From Lama guanicoe (Eukaryota): DNA of 64,000 nucleotides. The stretch lies in the NCBI GenBank assembly GCA_013239625.1, contig MU054187.1, positions 17,228,711 through 17,292,710 on the forward strand, read 5' to 3'. This document shows, one piece after another, positions 37,001 through 47,854 of this stretch. A program made the position numbers and the translations under genes. Position 1 is the first letter of the stretch; the number at the start of each line of letters is the position of its first letter. The notes under the pieces are model-generated. The model saw nothing but the letters and a program-made list of their open reading frames with translations. It was not told where the DNA came from and searched no databases.

Positions 37001-38262
37001 CAAACCTTATATTTTTCACAAAAATGAATTCAAAATAAATCACATATGTAATCTAATGCAAGACTACAAACTTTTAGAAGATAGTATAGAAGAAAATCAA
37101 GATGACCTTGGGTATGACAATGACTTTTCAGACAGAACACTAAATGTAAGATATATGAAAGAAATAATTGATAAGTTGGGTTTCATTAAAATTAGAAACT
37201 TTTGCTCTGCAAAACACATGGTCAAGAGCATGTTAAGACAAGCCATGGACAAGTTAAAAATACTTGCATATTGCACATCTGGTAAAGGACTGTTAGCCAA
37301 AATATACAAAAACTTAAAATTCAACAATAAGAAAACAAACAATCCAATTAGAAAATGAGGCAAAGACCTTAACTGACACTTCATAGAAGAAGAGAGAAAG
37401 ATGGCAAGCATACGAAAAGACGTGCCAAATCGTATGTCATCATGGAAATGCAATTAAAAACAACAGTGAGAAAGTTCTATATGCTAATTAGAATGGCAAA
37501 AATCCAGAACACTGGCAACACCAAATGCTGGTGAGAAAATGAGACATCAGAGAAAATAATTGCTGGTGAGAATGCAAAACAGTATGGCCACTTTGGAAAA
37601 TTATTTGGCAGTTTCTTAAAAATATTTTTACCATATGATACAACATTCATGTTCCTTGGTATTTACCCAAATGAATTGAAAATTTATATGCACACAAAAA
37701 ACTGCACACAAACATTTACAGACACTTTATTCATAATCACCAAAACTTGGAATCAGCCAAGATGTCCTTAACTGGGTAAATATATAAATAAATCGAGATA
37801 CATCTAGACAATGGAATACCATTCAGCATGTAAAGTCATGAAAAGACATGGAGGAAACTTAAATGCACATTGTTAAAAGGAGGAAGCCAATCTGAAAAGG
37901 CTACATACTATGTGACTCCAACTGTATGATATTCTGGAAAAGGGAAAGAAAAAACCACAGAGACAGTAAAAAGATCAGTGGTCTTTTTTAGGTTTTATGG
38001 GGAAGGGATGGATGAATACATAGAGCCCAGAGGATTTTTAATGAATGAAACTGTTCTGTATAAAAGCGTATGTTAAATACATGTTATTATACATTTGTGA
38101 AAACTCATGGAATGTTCTAGACCAAGAATTAATTCTAATGTAAATTATGGACTCGGTGGACTTGGTTCTAGACCAAGAATTAATTCTAATGTAAATTATG
38201 GACTCGGTGATTATGATGGGTCAATATGGGTTCATCAAGTGTACCAAATGTACCACTCTATT
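34026..38262 (+). mobile_element. L1MC1-like LINE-1, ~4.2 kb (ORF1 end, decayed ORF2, 3' UTR)
   Basis: Continuous ORF2 landmarks including the RT region TTCACAGATGACATGATT, and L1MC1-type 3' UTR (CATGAAAAGACATGGAGGAAACTTAAATGC..GAAGCCAATCTGAAAAGGCTACATAC); many stops and an internal deletion near 34740. Confidence 0.9.
38114..38209 (+). repeat. perfect 45-bp tandem duplication with 6-bp spacer
   Basis: GTTCTAGACCAAGAATTAATTCTAATGTAAATTATGGACTCGGTG at 38114-38158 and 38165-38209; spacer GACTTG. Confidence 0.95.
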
Positions 38263-41200
38263 TAGGTTAAAAAAGAATTGGGGGTGTTATTTCTCAGGTA
38301 GTATATTCAAACACTTACCATTTCCCACCTGACCTAATGCCATTATTCCCTGTGGGACATAGGGAAGCTTCTAAGCAAAGCCTTCTTTCATCTGGAGAAG
38401 CACAAAGACAGCACTGTGGAGACAGACAGCTGCGTCTGCAGACAGACTTCAACATCCTGAGAAGACGAAGGACCAGGGCTCAGGAAAGGCTTTTATTCTC
38501 CCACCACAACGTACCTACCGGGATGCTAGTAGCAGTGTCGTCATAAGCAAAGTGGTGCACATATTTAGAATTTGATTTCACAGTGCTCATAAACATTAGC
38601 CTGCATCCCCAGATTAGACAAGTTATTGGAATATAGATTACTCTAATGCTTTTTCACAATCATTCTTTTTGTATATGTGTTTAGTTTTATGAGGTACTCA
38701 GAATGATCTTTTTTCATCTCCAAATATATGTCTTCTAATGTTCTTTAAAAAAAACCCCAAAAAATGAAAAATCAGAAAACAATGCTTTTCTATGTCCTGT
38801 TCAGAGAACATTTGCCCTGCTATTAATTGTAGGTGCTGTGTACCAAAATTGCTTGGCCAGATGACTAACCACCTCCTGTGTTCCATTTGGAGGGTACACA
38901 TGCCAGATGTGGTTAAACTTCATCCACGGCACACGGCACTGCAAATTGCAAACGTACCCAAAAGAAAATATTGAAGCTTAATTTATAATTAAACCTTAAA
39001 GAAAACTTGTTTACTTCCTCTCTCTTTCCTCCATATTTTTCATAAGATGAAAATTCTCAATATTTCCCTAAGAGGCTTAGAATTATTTGAGGTTGAATAG
39101 GACAAGATGTCGAAGTAAAATGCATATTTTCGTTTTATCATGTGTGATGCATCACATAGAGGCCAAAGTGTGCACCTCTCCTGGGAAAGGACATTTTTTT
39201 GTTTAAGATTTAGCTGTGCTATGCCTACCCATAATGCAGCCAAAAAGTCTCATTCCAATGAAAGGGAGGAGAGAGGCACTAAATCATTCCCAAACATTGT
39301 TAAATTTGTCTACCTTGGGATTGTCAAAACTATGCTACAATGACCAGCTGGACATAAGAAGCATCTTTACCATACATTGTATATTCGTTTTATAGTTTCA
39401 AAATCATTTATTATTGTTGTTAGATTGTCAGATATCCATTCATGATTCAGATGGTATTAGCAATACATTCAGAAGTTGAAGATAGTTAAGTAAAATGTAA
39501 AGGTAATTTGAAAGTAGAAAATATTCGAACCAAGATCTTAGTCTGGGTGTTGTAGAAATGGCTTTATCTGAGTATATGCAGTCAATATTCACTGAACTGT
39601 AACACTCGTGTTCAACTCTGATTAATATTTTCTAAAACCTTAATCCCATCAGAAATCTCGGGGTAGGGGAAGCTTCATTGTCTACGGAAGGTCTGGTACT
39701 TTTCACCGGCACCTAAGGCTGCCATGATGATTTTCTTTGAAAACAGCAAGAGGGAGAGAAAAAGAAAATCAGCCAGAGTATTTGTCGGCAAGATTCCTTA
39801 ATGTCCATTTCAGAAGTCACAGATTATGGTTTGAAATGGAAGCCCTCTCTTAAACAAAGGAAGAAAGGTTATGAGAAAATACAGTTTGCCATTATTGATG
39901 TACAAAGCCAGCTCTGATTGTGTCTGTCCTGTAGCTCCCCCACATGCACCACTTGGAGATTGCCTAAATCTTGGAAATGAAGGAAAGAGGAGCCTCAGTC
40001 ACAGCTCTTCCCGCTGCTGCTATGAGAACCCAGTCTGACGAGCATCACACCCCACCTCTGTTTTTCTCATTTAATTTATTTTATGGACTGCTTGTCAGGG
40101 GGTCTCTATGTGGTTTGCTCAGCTAATCCTGGAAACATGTAAAAGTCATACAAATTATAATTTAAGAAAAGGAAATAAAGTCAATTGACCATTGATTGTT
40201 CTTTCCTCTTATCCCAGTACCTGGTAAGAGCATCACTCAAAGAATTCCTGTTTCACTGCACTTTATTTTTACTGATAATGAAGTTAGTGCTTTTAACTTC
40301 AGTTCTCTCCCTCTCTCTCTCCCCCTGCTTTTCCAAAGGCCACTTCCATGACAGACAAATAGTAATTATAGTGTTTTAGCACTATGGTCTCCTTTTCTTC
40401 AGTCCTGATCCCTTAACAATGATAAGAAGAATAAGAGAAATAAAAGCAGGCTTCTTACAGAGCAAAATCTATACTTTGATTTGAAAATGAGCCAATGTAA
40501 AGAATATAGTAGACCTGAGTTTTATAACAATAATCATTTTCTGATCAGCTATGGCTAATAACAAAGTAGTGTTTATATTTTATACTCTAGATTTTTTTTT
40601 CCTAATTGGTGATTTAAATCCTTCCCACACCCACACCCTCCTCTGTTTGGGTAACAGAATAATTCTAACTTGTCTGAATTTCTTGCTCTTAGATTGTTAA
40701 GGGACATGGCAAGCTTCCACCAGTGTTCTGGGCTGGACACTGGTAAAGGATGGAAAGACCTTTGCATTCATACAGACTTTTTCATCCTCTTTTTCTCTGT
40801 ATGTCACTATTCATTTCTCAGCATATTTATCTGCATTTTGTTAATTGCAATTTAAAATTCCATCTTAAAAGGTGTGCATTGATACTATCGTAATTTTGAA
40901 GGCGAGCAGTTATTTCATTGGGTTGTCACTCTTTCCAGAAATCAGAGCCTCCCTGTCACATATAAATAGATTGCTTGATATACATGCAATATCCTGTCCG
41001 TGTCATGCACTCTTTTCTTTAATCTGACTGACGCAGCACATAATAAAATGCTCACTTCAATATATGTCTGTTGCATTTTGCCTAATTCGGGGCTTAGTTT
41101 AATATTAGTCATGAATATTTCCTCCAACTAGACATGAATTTGAATATATATAAGGCACAGTTTATGTTCGTACTAAAGCACAAGCTTCAACCTTATTTTT

Positions 41201-44200
41201 TATTGCTACCCTGTTTGTGATGAATTAAGTCATCTCAAGGAAAGAACTGAAAGCAACAGGGACCAGAACTGTTATCTTTATCCACAAGCCAGGCAGAGTG
41301 TGAGTGGGTGAAATTCAACTGCTGTGTTTTACTTTCCCTGAGCATCAGAGCTGGGAGTTAGGGAGGTCTGCTCAGTGGGAGAAAACTAACAACAGATGAA
41401 ACCGTATTATGTCTCTGAATTTCTTGGAGACTAAAAAACCACGATAGTTTCTAATGTCCCAATAATGTTAGATTTATTTTCTGTGCCTTTCTATCACAGG
41501 TTGGGATGCATTCATTATTATTTCTTATTTTTTATTTAAACTACCTTCAAATTAAATTAATGAAAGAAAAAGTTATTAGAGTGATATGTTTGTGAGCTTA
41601 CATGTGAATGCACATTTGTACACAAACTCAAAGCTGAACATATACGTGTTTATACACATATATGCCTGGGCGCATATATAATTTTATGAATTCAAGTCGT
41701 AAAAAACTGAGTATATTTTCCTCCTGGATTAAAATAATTGTAAAATATTTGGAAAATTTACTTCACCCATTCAAATTTAGCAAAGAATAATAATCTGCAC
41801 ACCTTTTCTCTTTTACCTTCTATTACCTGTAAGTCAATGGATATCACATTTTGAGAACTGTAATAGTGGATTAATATCCCTTATTTTTATGCATCCTCTA
41901 ATGTCCCTATTTCAAGATGGCAACACCCAAATGCTATATTTAAAATGAGAATCCACATGGTGGTTGGCTTGTGTATGTTTCTGTGATAGACTTACCCTCG
42001 GGTACTAAATGGAAATATACACAATAAAAATCCAATTATAAGATGACTTTCTGTCCTATGGGTTTAAAAATCTTAAGGGCAAAACATGATCCTCATGAAC
42101 ATTGTGATGTATATTCAATATACCTCTGCAAATAAAACAAAGATTACAATATTGCTATTCGCCACTTTCTAAAAATTATAATGGCTTTTTTGTTTTTGTC
42201 AATATACCTGATTTGTGTGTGTGTGTGTGCACCCAGCACCCATGTGTGTGTGTACTTGTCTTGCTTTTGGATACCCCTCTGTCCTTAGAGATTTTTCTGT
42301 GGTATATTTATTTCATGTGACTATATGAAATACTTTCTTTCATATTTCATCTTTGAAACAAAATTTTACACCATTTCTGCAAACACATAAGAGGGCACAT
42401 TGTTTATATGATGGGCAGCTCTGACTCCCAATGGATGTAGACAATGGATAAAATGAACTACTGGCTAAAACAAATTAGATGCCAAACTCAGTTAGTCTGT
42501 GCCTAATTCTATAAAAGTATGTCAGTTAGGGACTTACTTGACCTAAGGACAAAACAAATCTCGAAACAATATCCGAGCTGATTACTTATTCAAACTGATT
42601 AAGTTGAAGCCACTGCTCTGTTGGAACAAAATACAGTCATGCAAACTGAGCCCTTGCCCCCGGCCAGCCTGCATAGAGAAACTGCCATTACGAGGTCTTT
42701 TATTCAGTGACAACAGCAGATTAATTATAAAACAGAAATTATATCCTAGTTACACACATTTCTGCAAGAGTTTTGCATTGTTCTTGTTGAATGCTTTCGA
42801 GATGCGTGAAGTTCTGTGACCCAGTTGTTCTGAAAATCTTGGGCTCATCTAGAGCTATTAGCTTACCACTATGGGTTTTATTAGATAATTATTTATGACA
42901 CCTAAGTGCTGGGAGACTTAGCAGAGCCAAAAAGTCAAATATTTGGGAGAAAATGCAAAACACATATCCACCCATCTGAGTAGCCAAGCCCTTGTGCTAG
43001 AGACCCTTGGGCATGCATGTTGGAATCACTGTTTCGTGGGTGGAGGCTATTAACACTCCAATTAGATGATCCAAAGCGGATGAGAAAGGACTTTAGAATT
43101 GGAAACGGTACTTCAAAAAAAATGATGCCAGGTCAAGTACTATATGAGCGCTAACGTGAGCATGGAGTAAAATATAGCAACTTGTGTTTTGAAAAGCCGG
43201 GCACGATCTCAGGTAAGCCCATTGTTCCCCAAAGGCTGTTCGCAGTTACTGTTAACACACTTCCCTGCTTCCACCAGAGCCTTCAGGAGCTGTGACACTC
43301 CTTGCAAATGTGATGCTCATGACAAGTCTGACTGCTTCTAAAGCATCTCAAGAAAGCTGAACACTATTAATAATACTAATGGAGAGATTACCTTGAGCTC
43401 TGATTTTTTTTTTTTGTTGTTCCTCCTTGGAAAATAAAAGTGGGAGGTTTGTTTTAGCACCCTGCCCTTTTCATAAAGGTTGCAGGAAGCAATTGAACCT
43501 CTCCGCAGAAGCCTTCCTTTTCAAGCTGTCTGCTTAATTAAAACACTGCCTTAACTTGGTTAAAAGTGAACTCTTCATCGGTATATTTTAAAGATAGAAA
43601 ACATACTAGTAATAAAATGATCGGTAATCCTTTGTCAGAAGAGTGTCTTTGTTAGACTGTATGGACAAAGGCACAATTACATACTTTTAAAATATCTATT
43701 AAAGAGGTAACACTGTGTCAGGGCCTCCTTATTGCAGCTGTCTCTTCTGCAAGGACACCGTAAAAGCTGCGTAGTTTCCAATTAGATGGAATTAATGTAC
43801 ACATTTCTGCAGAAGAATATGGACGCCAAATACAGAAAGGCCATTCAGGAAAAGAATAAAAATAAAATTGTGAAGACAAAATGAATACGCTATAGTTTTG
43901 ATAAGCTGGTCTGCACGGCTTCTGAGCTGAGACGTGGTATTTAACATAATCATGTTGAATATATGACAAAAAAAAGACACTTCAACAAAGGCCCTTCTAA
44001 AAATGAGTTCCCCAAGTGCTTCACATCAATTTCAATTAACTCTCCGAAAATGAAAATATTGTTCATACTTTCATGAGATAGGGCATTACGCAGAATACAG
44101 ATTTCAAGAATTTCAGAGTTCTTTGGCAGAATTGCTTCCTGAGAACTGGTAATAAGGCTCATATGCCCCCTTGCAGAAGAGTCATTTTCTGCTCTTTCTC

Positions 44201-45265
44201 CCTTTTATGCTTTTTAAAGCTTAAGTTAAACAAATCATTTCCTAGGACAAAAGCAGGAAGGTCAAACTCCTTTCCTCTACCTGGGAGGGTCACTGATCCC
44301 CGGTTTTGCCTCCTGCCCATGTTGGCATCCGTCTGCTCTTCTCTTTTGTCATGGATTTCAGCTCTAAAGTGCATTCGTCTTTAAAACTAAGCCTCTCTGT
44401 GTCATATGTTCAACCCTGCTCCACACAACCCAACACAACTTATCACACTCTGACAGCTAATATTTAAAAGAGAACACACACGTATTTTGAGGTTTGATAA
44501 CTGCTATCAATCTAGGTAATGGGTATCCAATCCAAAATTGTGACAGGTATCTAGTGGATTGAGCATCTACCATGAGCAACTAATGCTGAAGTAAATGAAT
44601 CAGGCAGGCAGCTACTTCACACCTTTAATTTAAAATAAAACAAATAAATGCCACACAAATAATGGAAGCATGTGAAATCTATGTCACAGTGACAACATGC
44701 ACCAGGAGATGAAACATATAGACACCAGTTTCTAATTTAGCTTTCTTCTTTTTTTAAAGAAAAATTTTAAATAGACGATTGTGAGATTTTCCTCAAGATT
44801 TTTTTCCTTAATGGTTAAAATTTCAGGATTTCCAGTTCAATTTGTCATTGCACCTTGTTTCTACAGAAGCTGCCAGCAGAGATATAGTGGGCCCTGAAAC
44901 AGCATGGCTTTGCTATTTTGAAAATGCTCTCTTTTAACAAAGTAAATCAAGGTAGAGTGACCTCCAAAAGCCAAATTGCAGAACAGAGCATACCGGGTAA
45001 TGCTATGTAAATTACCATGCATGCAATTGAGATGTTATTACAGCAAGACCAAATGGTGGTAGCTAATGACCTCGACATTTGGTTTCTAGGTGCACTGTAT
45101 TTTTTTTTTTTCTGATTTGAAAATATGTCTATCTGAGACAGCGGTTTTGCCACACTCACAAGCTTGAATATAAAATATGAATTTCTCTATAATGACCACT
45201 GTACCTTAAATCAACCAAATTTGAAGTCAGTACCCAAGTAGCTTCCAAATCACTCTCATGGAGAC

Positions 45266-45297
<32 letters not shown>

Positions 45298-45379
45298 TAC
45301 AATATTAAATTCTCATTTTCAGCTTAGATAAAAATATAATATATTACAATATATAATTCTCATTTTCAGCTTAGATAAA
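45266..45379. repeat. (TA)n microsatellite followed by a 37-bp near-perfect direct repeat
   Basis: (TA)n at 45266-45292; ATTACAATAT..AATTCTCATTTTCAGCTTAGATAAA at 45296-45332 and 45343-45379. Confidence 0.9.
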
Positions 45380-47698
45380 TTTCCTTGTAAAATTATTCCC
45401 CCAAAGGAAAATGTGATGCATAAAATATTTGGTTTTGGCCTTTAAATTATTTAGATGCAGCAGAGAAAAAAGGACATAGGCATAAATATGTTTGTTCTGG
45501 CCTCAGATTGTCCATCCCACATTGAACAGTAAATTATTTGGGGATTGCAAAGGACTGCGCTGTGTATTCTTATTAGTCATTTGTTCTAGGAAGTTCAGTT
45601 ATTGAATATTGTGGCATCCTTTTTGTACTTGAAACGAGTTTCACAACACAGCTGGTGGCCTTTTTGGTGAGGTGAAAATAAAATAAAAATGTTTCACTAT
45701 GAAGTCTTCCCATAACTCTAGTTAGGATTTTAAAAATAAATCATAACAAGAGCTCCAAGAAAATATTTATTACTCTTCCCAAGCATTAGGAGAAATGCTT
45801 GCTCTGGACCTGTCACTCAGAGCGAATCAAGATACCACTGCCCAGACATTGCTGGAAGAATCGTTAAAGTGTTGTCAAGAATAACATAACTGGAGAAAAG
45901 ATTCTATTGTCTCTTAATTTATTAACAATTTAGAGCATTTAAAATTGATTGATACAAGTAAGCATGAAGTAATTTTTATTGTGCTGAATACTAAGGGAGT
46001 TCAAAATAACCTTAAATTATTTTTCCTGTAAGTTACGTGATTTCTTAAATTATCAGATTACTTATGTCGCACTGGACCATCTCTCTAAAAATGACATTTG
46101 AATTTGTGTTGATTACTCAAAAATCAGTATTTCTACCATATCTTCTTCAGAAATTGATGTCATGTGTATGTTCATGTACATTCCATTTAAGTATTCTTGC
46201 TTTTATTTTATCAGAAGATAATCAAATCTCTTATGATGTCAGGAAAAATACTACCTAAGGTTTTCTATTGTTCAATTGCCATTAAGAGCAAACTGTTACT
46301 TTCTATTTTAATCATGGTGATCCATAGATAAAATTGTACAGATGGAAGGAGTGCTCTTTTCCTGTACTGACTTCTATGCCTCATAGACTCTCGCTTGCAT
46401 TTATTTTATATCCTATTATTGCTTTAGTTCAAGACAAAATAAATTAAACAATGAATAGGCTACAGATATTTCCCATGGGGTAAGAGCACTTGATTTTATT
46501 TTACCCTCTGCCTACATAATATTGCAATAAGCATCTTTTGAAACTTACAGCAAGCTGTCTTTTATTCCAAAACACAGCCTGTACATAAGTAGTGTTCGAC
46601 ATGAAGACTTTTTCATTAAGGATGTTTGCACATTAAAATTACTTGGGTAAAATTTTAGACACCTTTTGGTTAACATAACCCACGTATATCCCTGCAGCAC
46701 CGATAATCCCCCTGCACACATTCTCAGAGAGACTGGAACAAAGGAGCAGCAATACCAACCAGAGAACAATTCTGCTTGATTTTCCTTTGCTGCATTCATT
46801 TTATCAGGGACAAGGAATATTCCACAGTGGTGCCCAGATGAAGGCTACATGCCTTCCCCAGCATTGCATTGTAGAAGAAAATGAAAAACCTAATAGCATT
46901 TTGATGTATTCTAGTTAGGTTTTCCATTAAGAGAAAAAGGTGATATGTTCACACCATTTGTCAGGAAAAGAAGAAATGAAGAAAATGTTGACAATTTCAT
47001 TACGGTCTGGTTATGGGGTGATCTGAACTTACCTATTACAAGATAAAAAAAAAACTATTCCAGATATTATTAGTTGAAAACATTATTGTTTATAGTTACT
47101 TTAACGTGTGCTACAACTATAGAGTTGATATAACTGTATAAACTCAGATTTAAAAGGAGATATTTTATATTGTTTACAACCTTGTTCAAAAATTTGTATC
47201 CTTTTGAATGTTGTAACATCACACCAAGTCACGCATTGCTGGACATTTCCCTGATAAATCCAGTCCTGCAAAGAGGATGTACTGATACCATAAAAATGCT
47301 TCTAAGTATATCATTCTTTTCTTGACCTATGTATTTATTCAGAAGATCTTTTTCCTTGTTGCTCATATTTTTTTCCTTTTATTATTGACTATAGGACTCC
47401 AGGATTTTCTGCTGAGAATATTTCCCCCGGGAGAACAGTTGCTGTCCATTTAAAATCAAAGTTAAAAAACTGAACATTTTTCCCAGGGTGCCAGAGAGGC
47501 AAGTGGAAGAGTCAACCTGTTCAACTGGAAATTGTGAATTACCCAGCTAGCTTTCTTATGTTTCCTTTACTAATTATTATTAACTGTGCTAATAGCACTT
47601 TGCGTATTGAAGCCTATTTGCAGTATACATGCTCAAGCATATTTAGGAAAATACTGATTCTGTGATTGTGGAAAGAACATTTATTAAACATGTATCTG

Positions 47699-47854
47699 TG
47701 GGGGGACGGTTTAGCTCAAGTGGTAGAGCACATGCTTAGCATGCACAAGGTCCTGGCTTTAAACCCCAGGATCTCCATCAGAAAACTAACTAATTCAATA
47801 AATCTAATTGCCTCCCCACTGCAAATAAACAAATAAATAATAAAATATTTTAAA
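47699..47854 (+). mobile_element. camelid tRNA-derived SINE (Vic-1 type)
   Basis: A-box TAGCTCAAGTGGTAGAGC, degenerate B-box GGCTTTAAACCCC, AAATCTAATTGCCTCCCC tail plus A-rich end; TSD AAACATGTATCTG (47686-47698) / AAATATGTATCTG (47855-47867). Confidence 0.9.

Noticed and set aside
47699..47780. tRNA gene (also at 62294-62370)
   Set aside because: A/B boxes are followed by a SINE tail, A-rich end and TSDs, so these are SINE heads.
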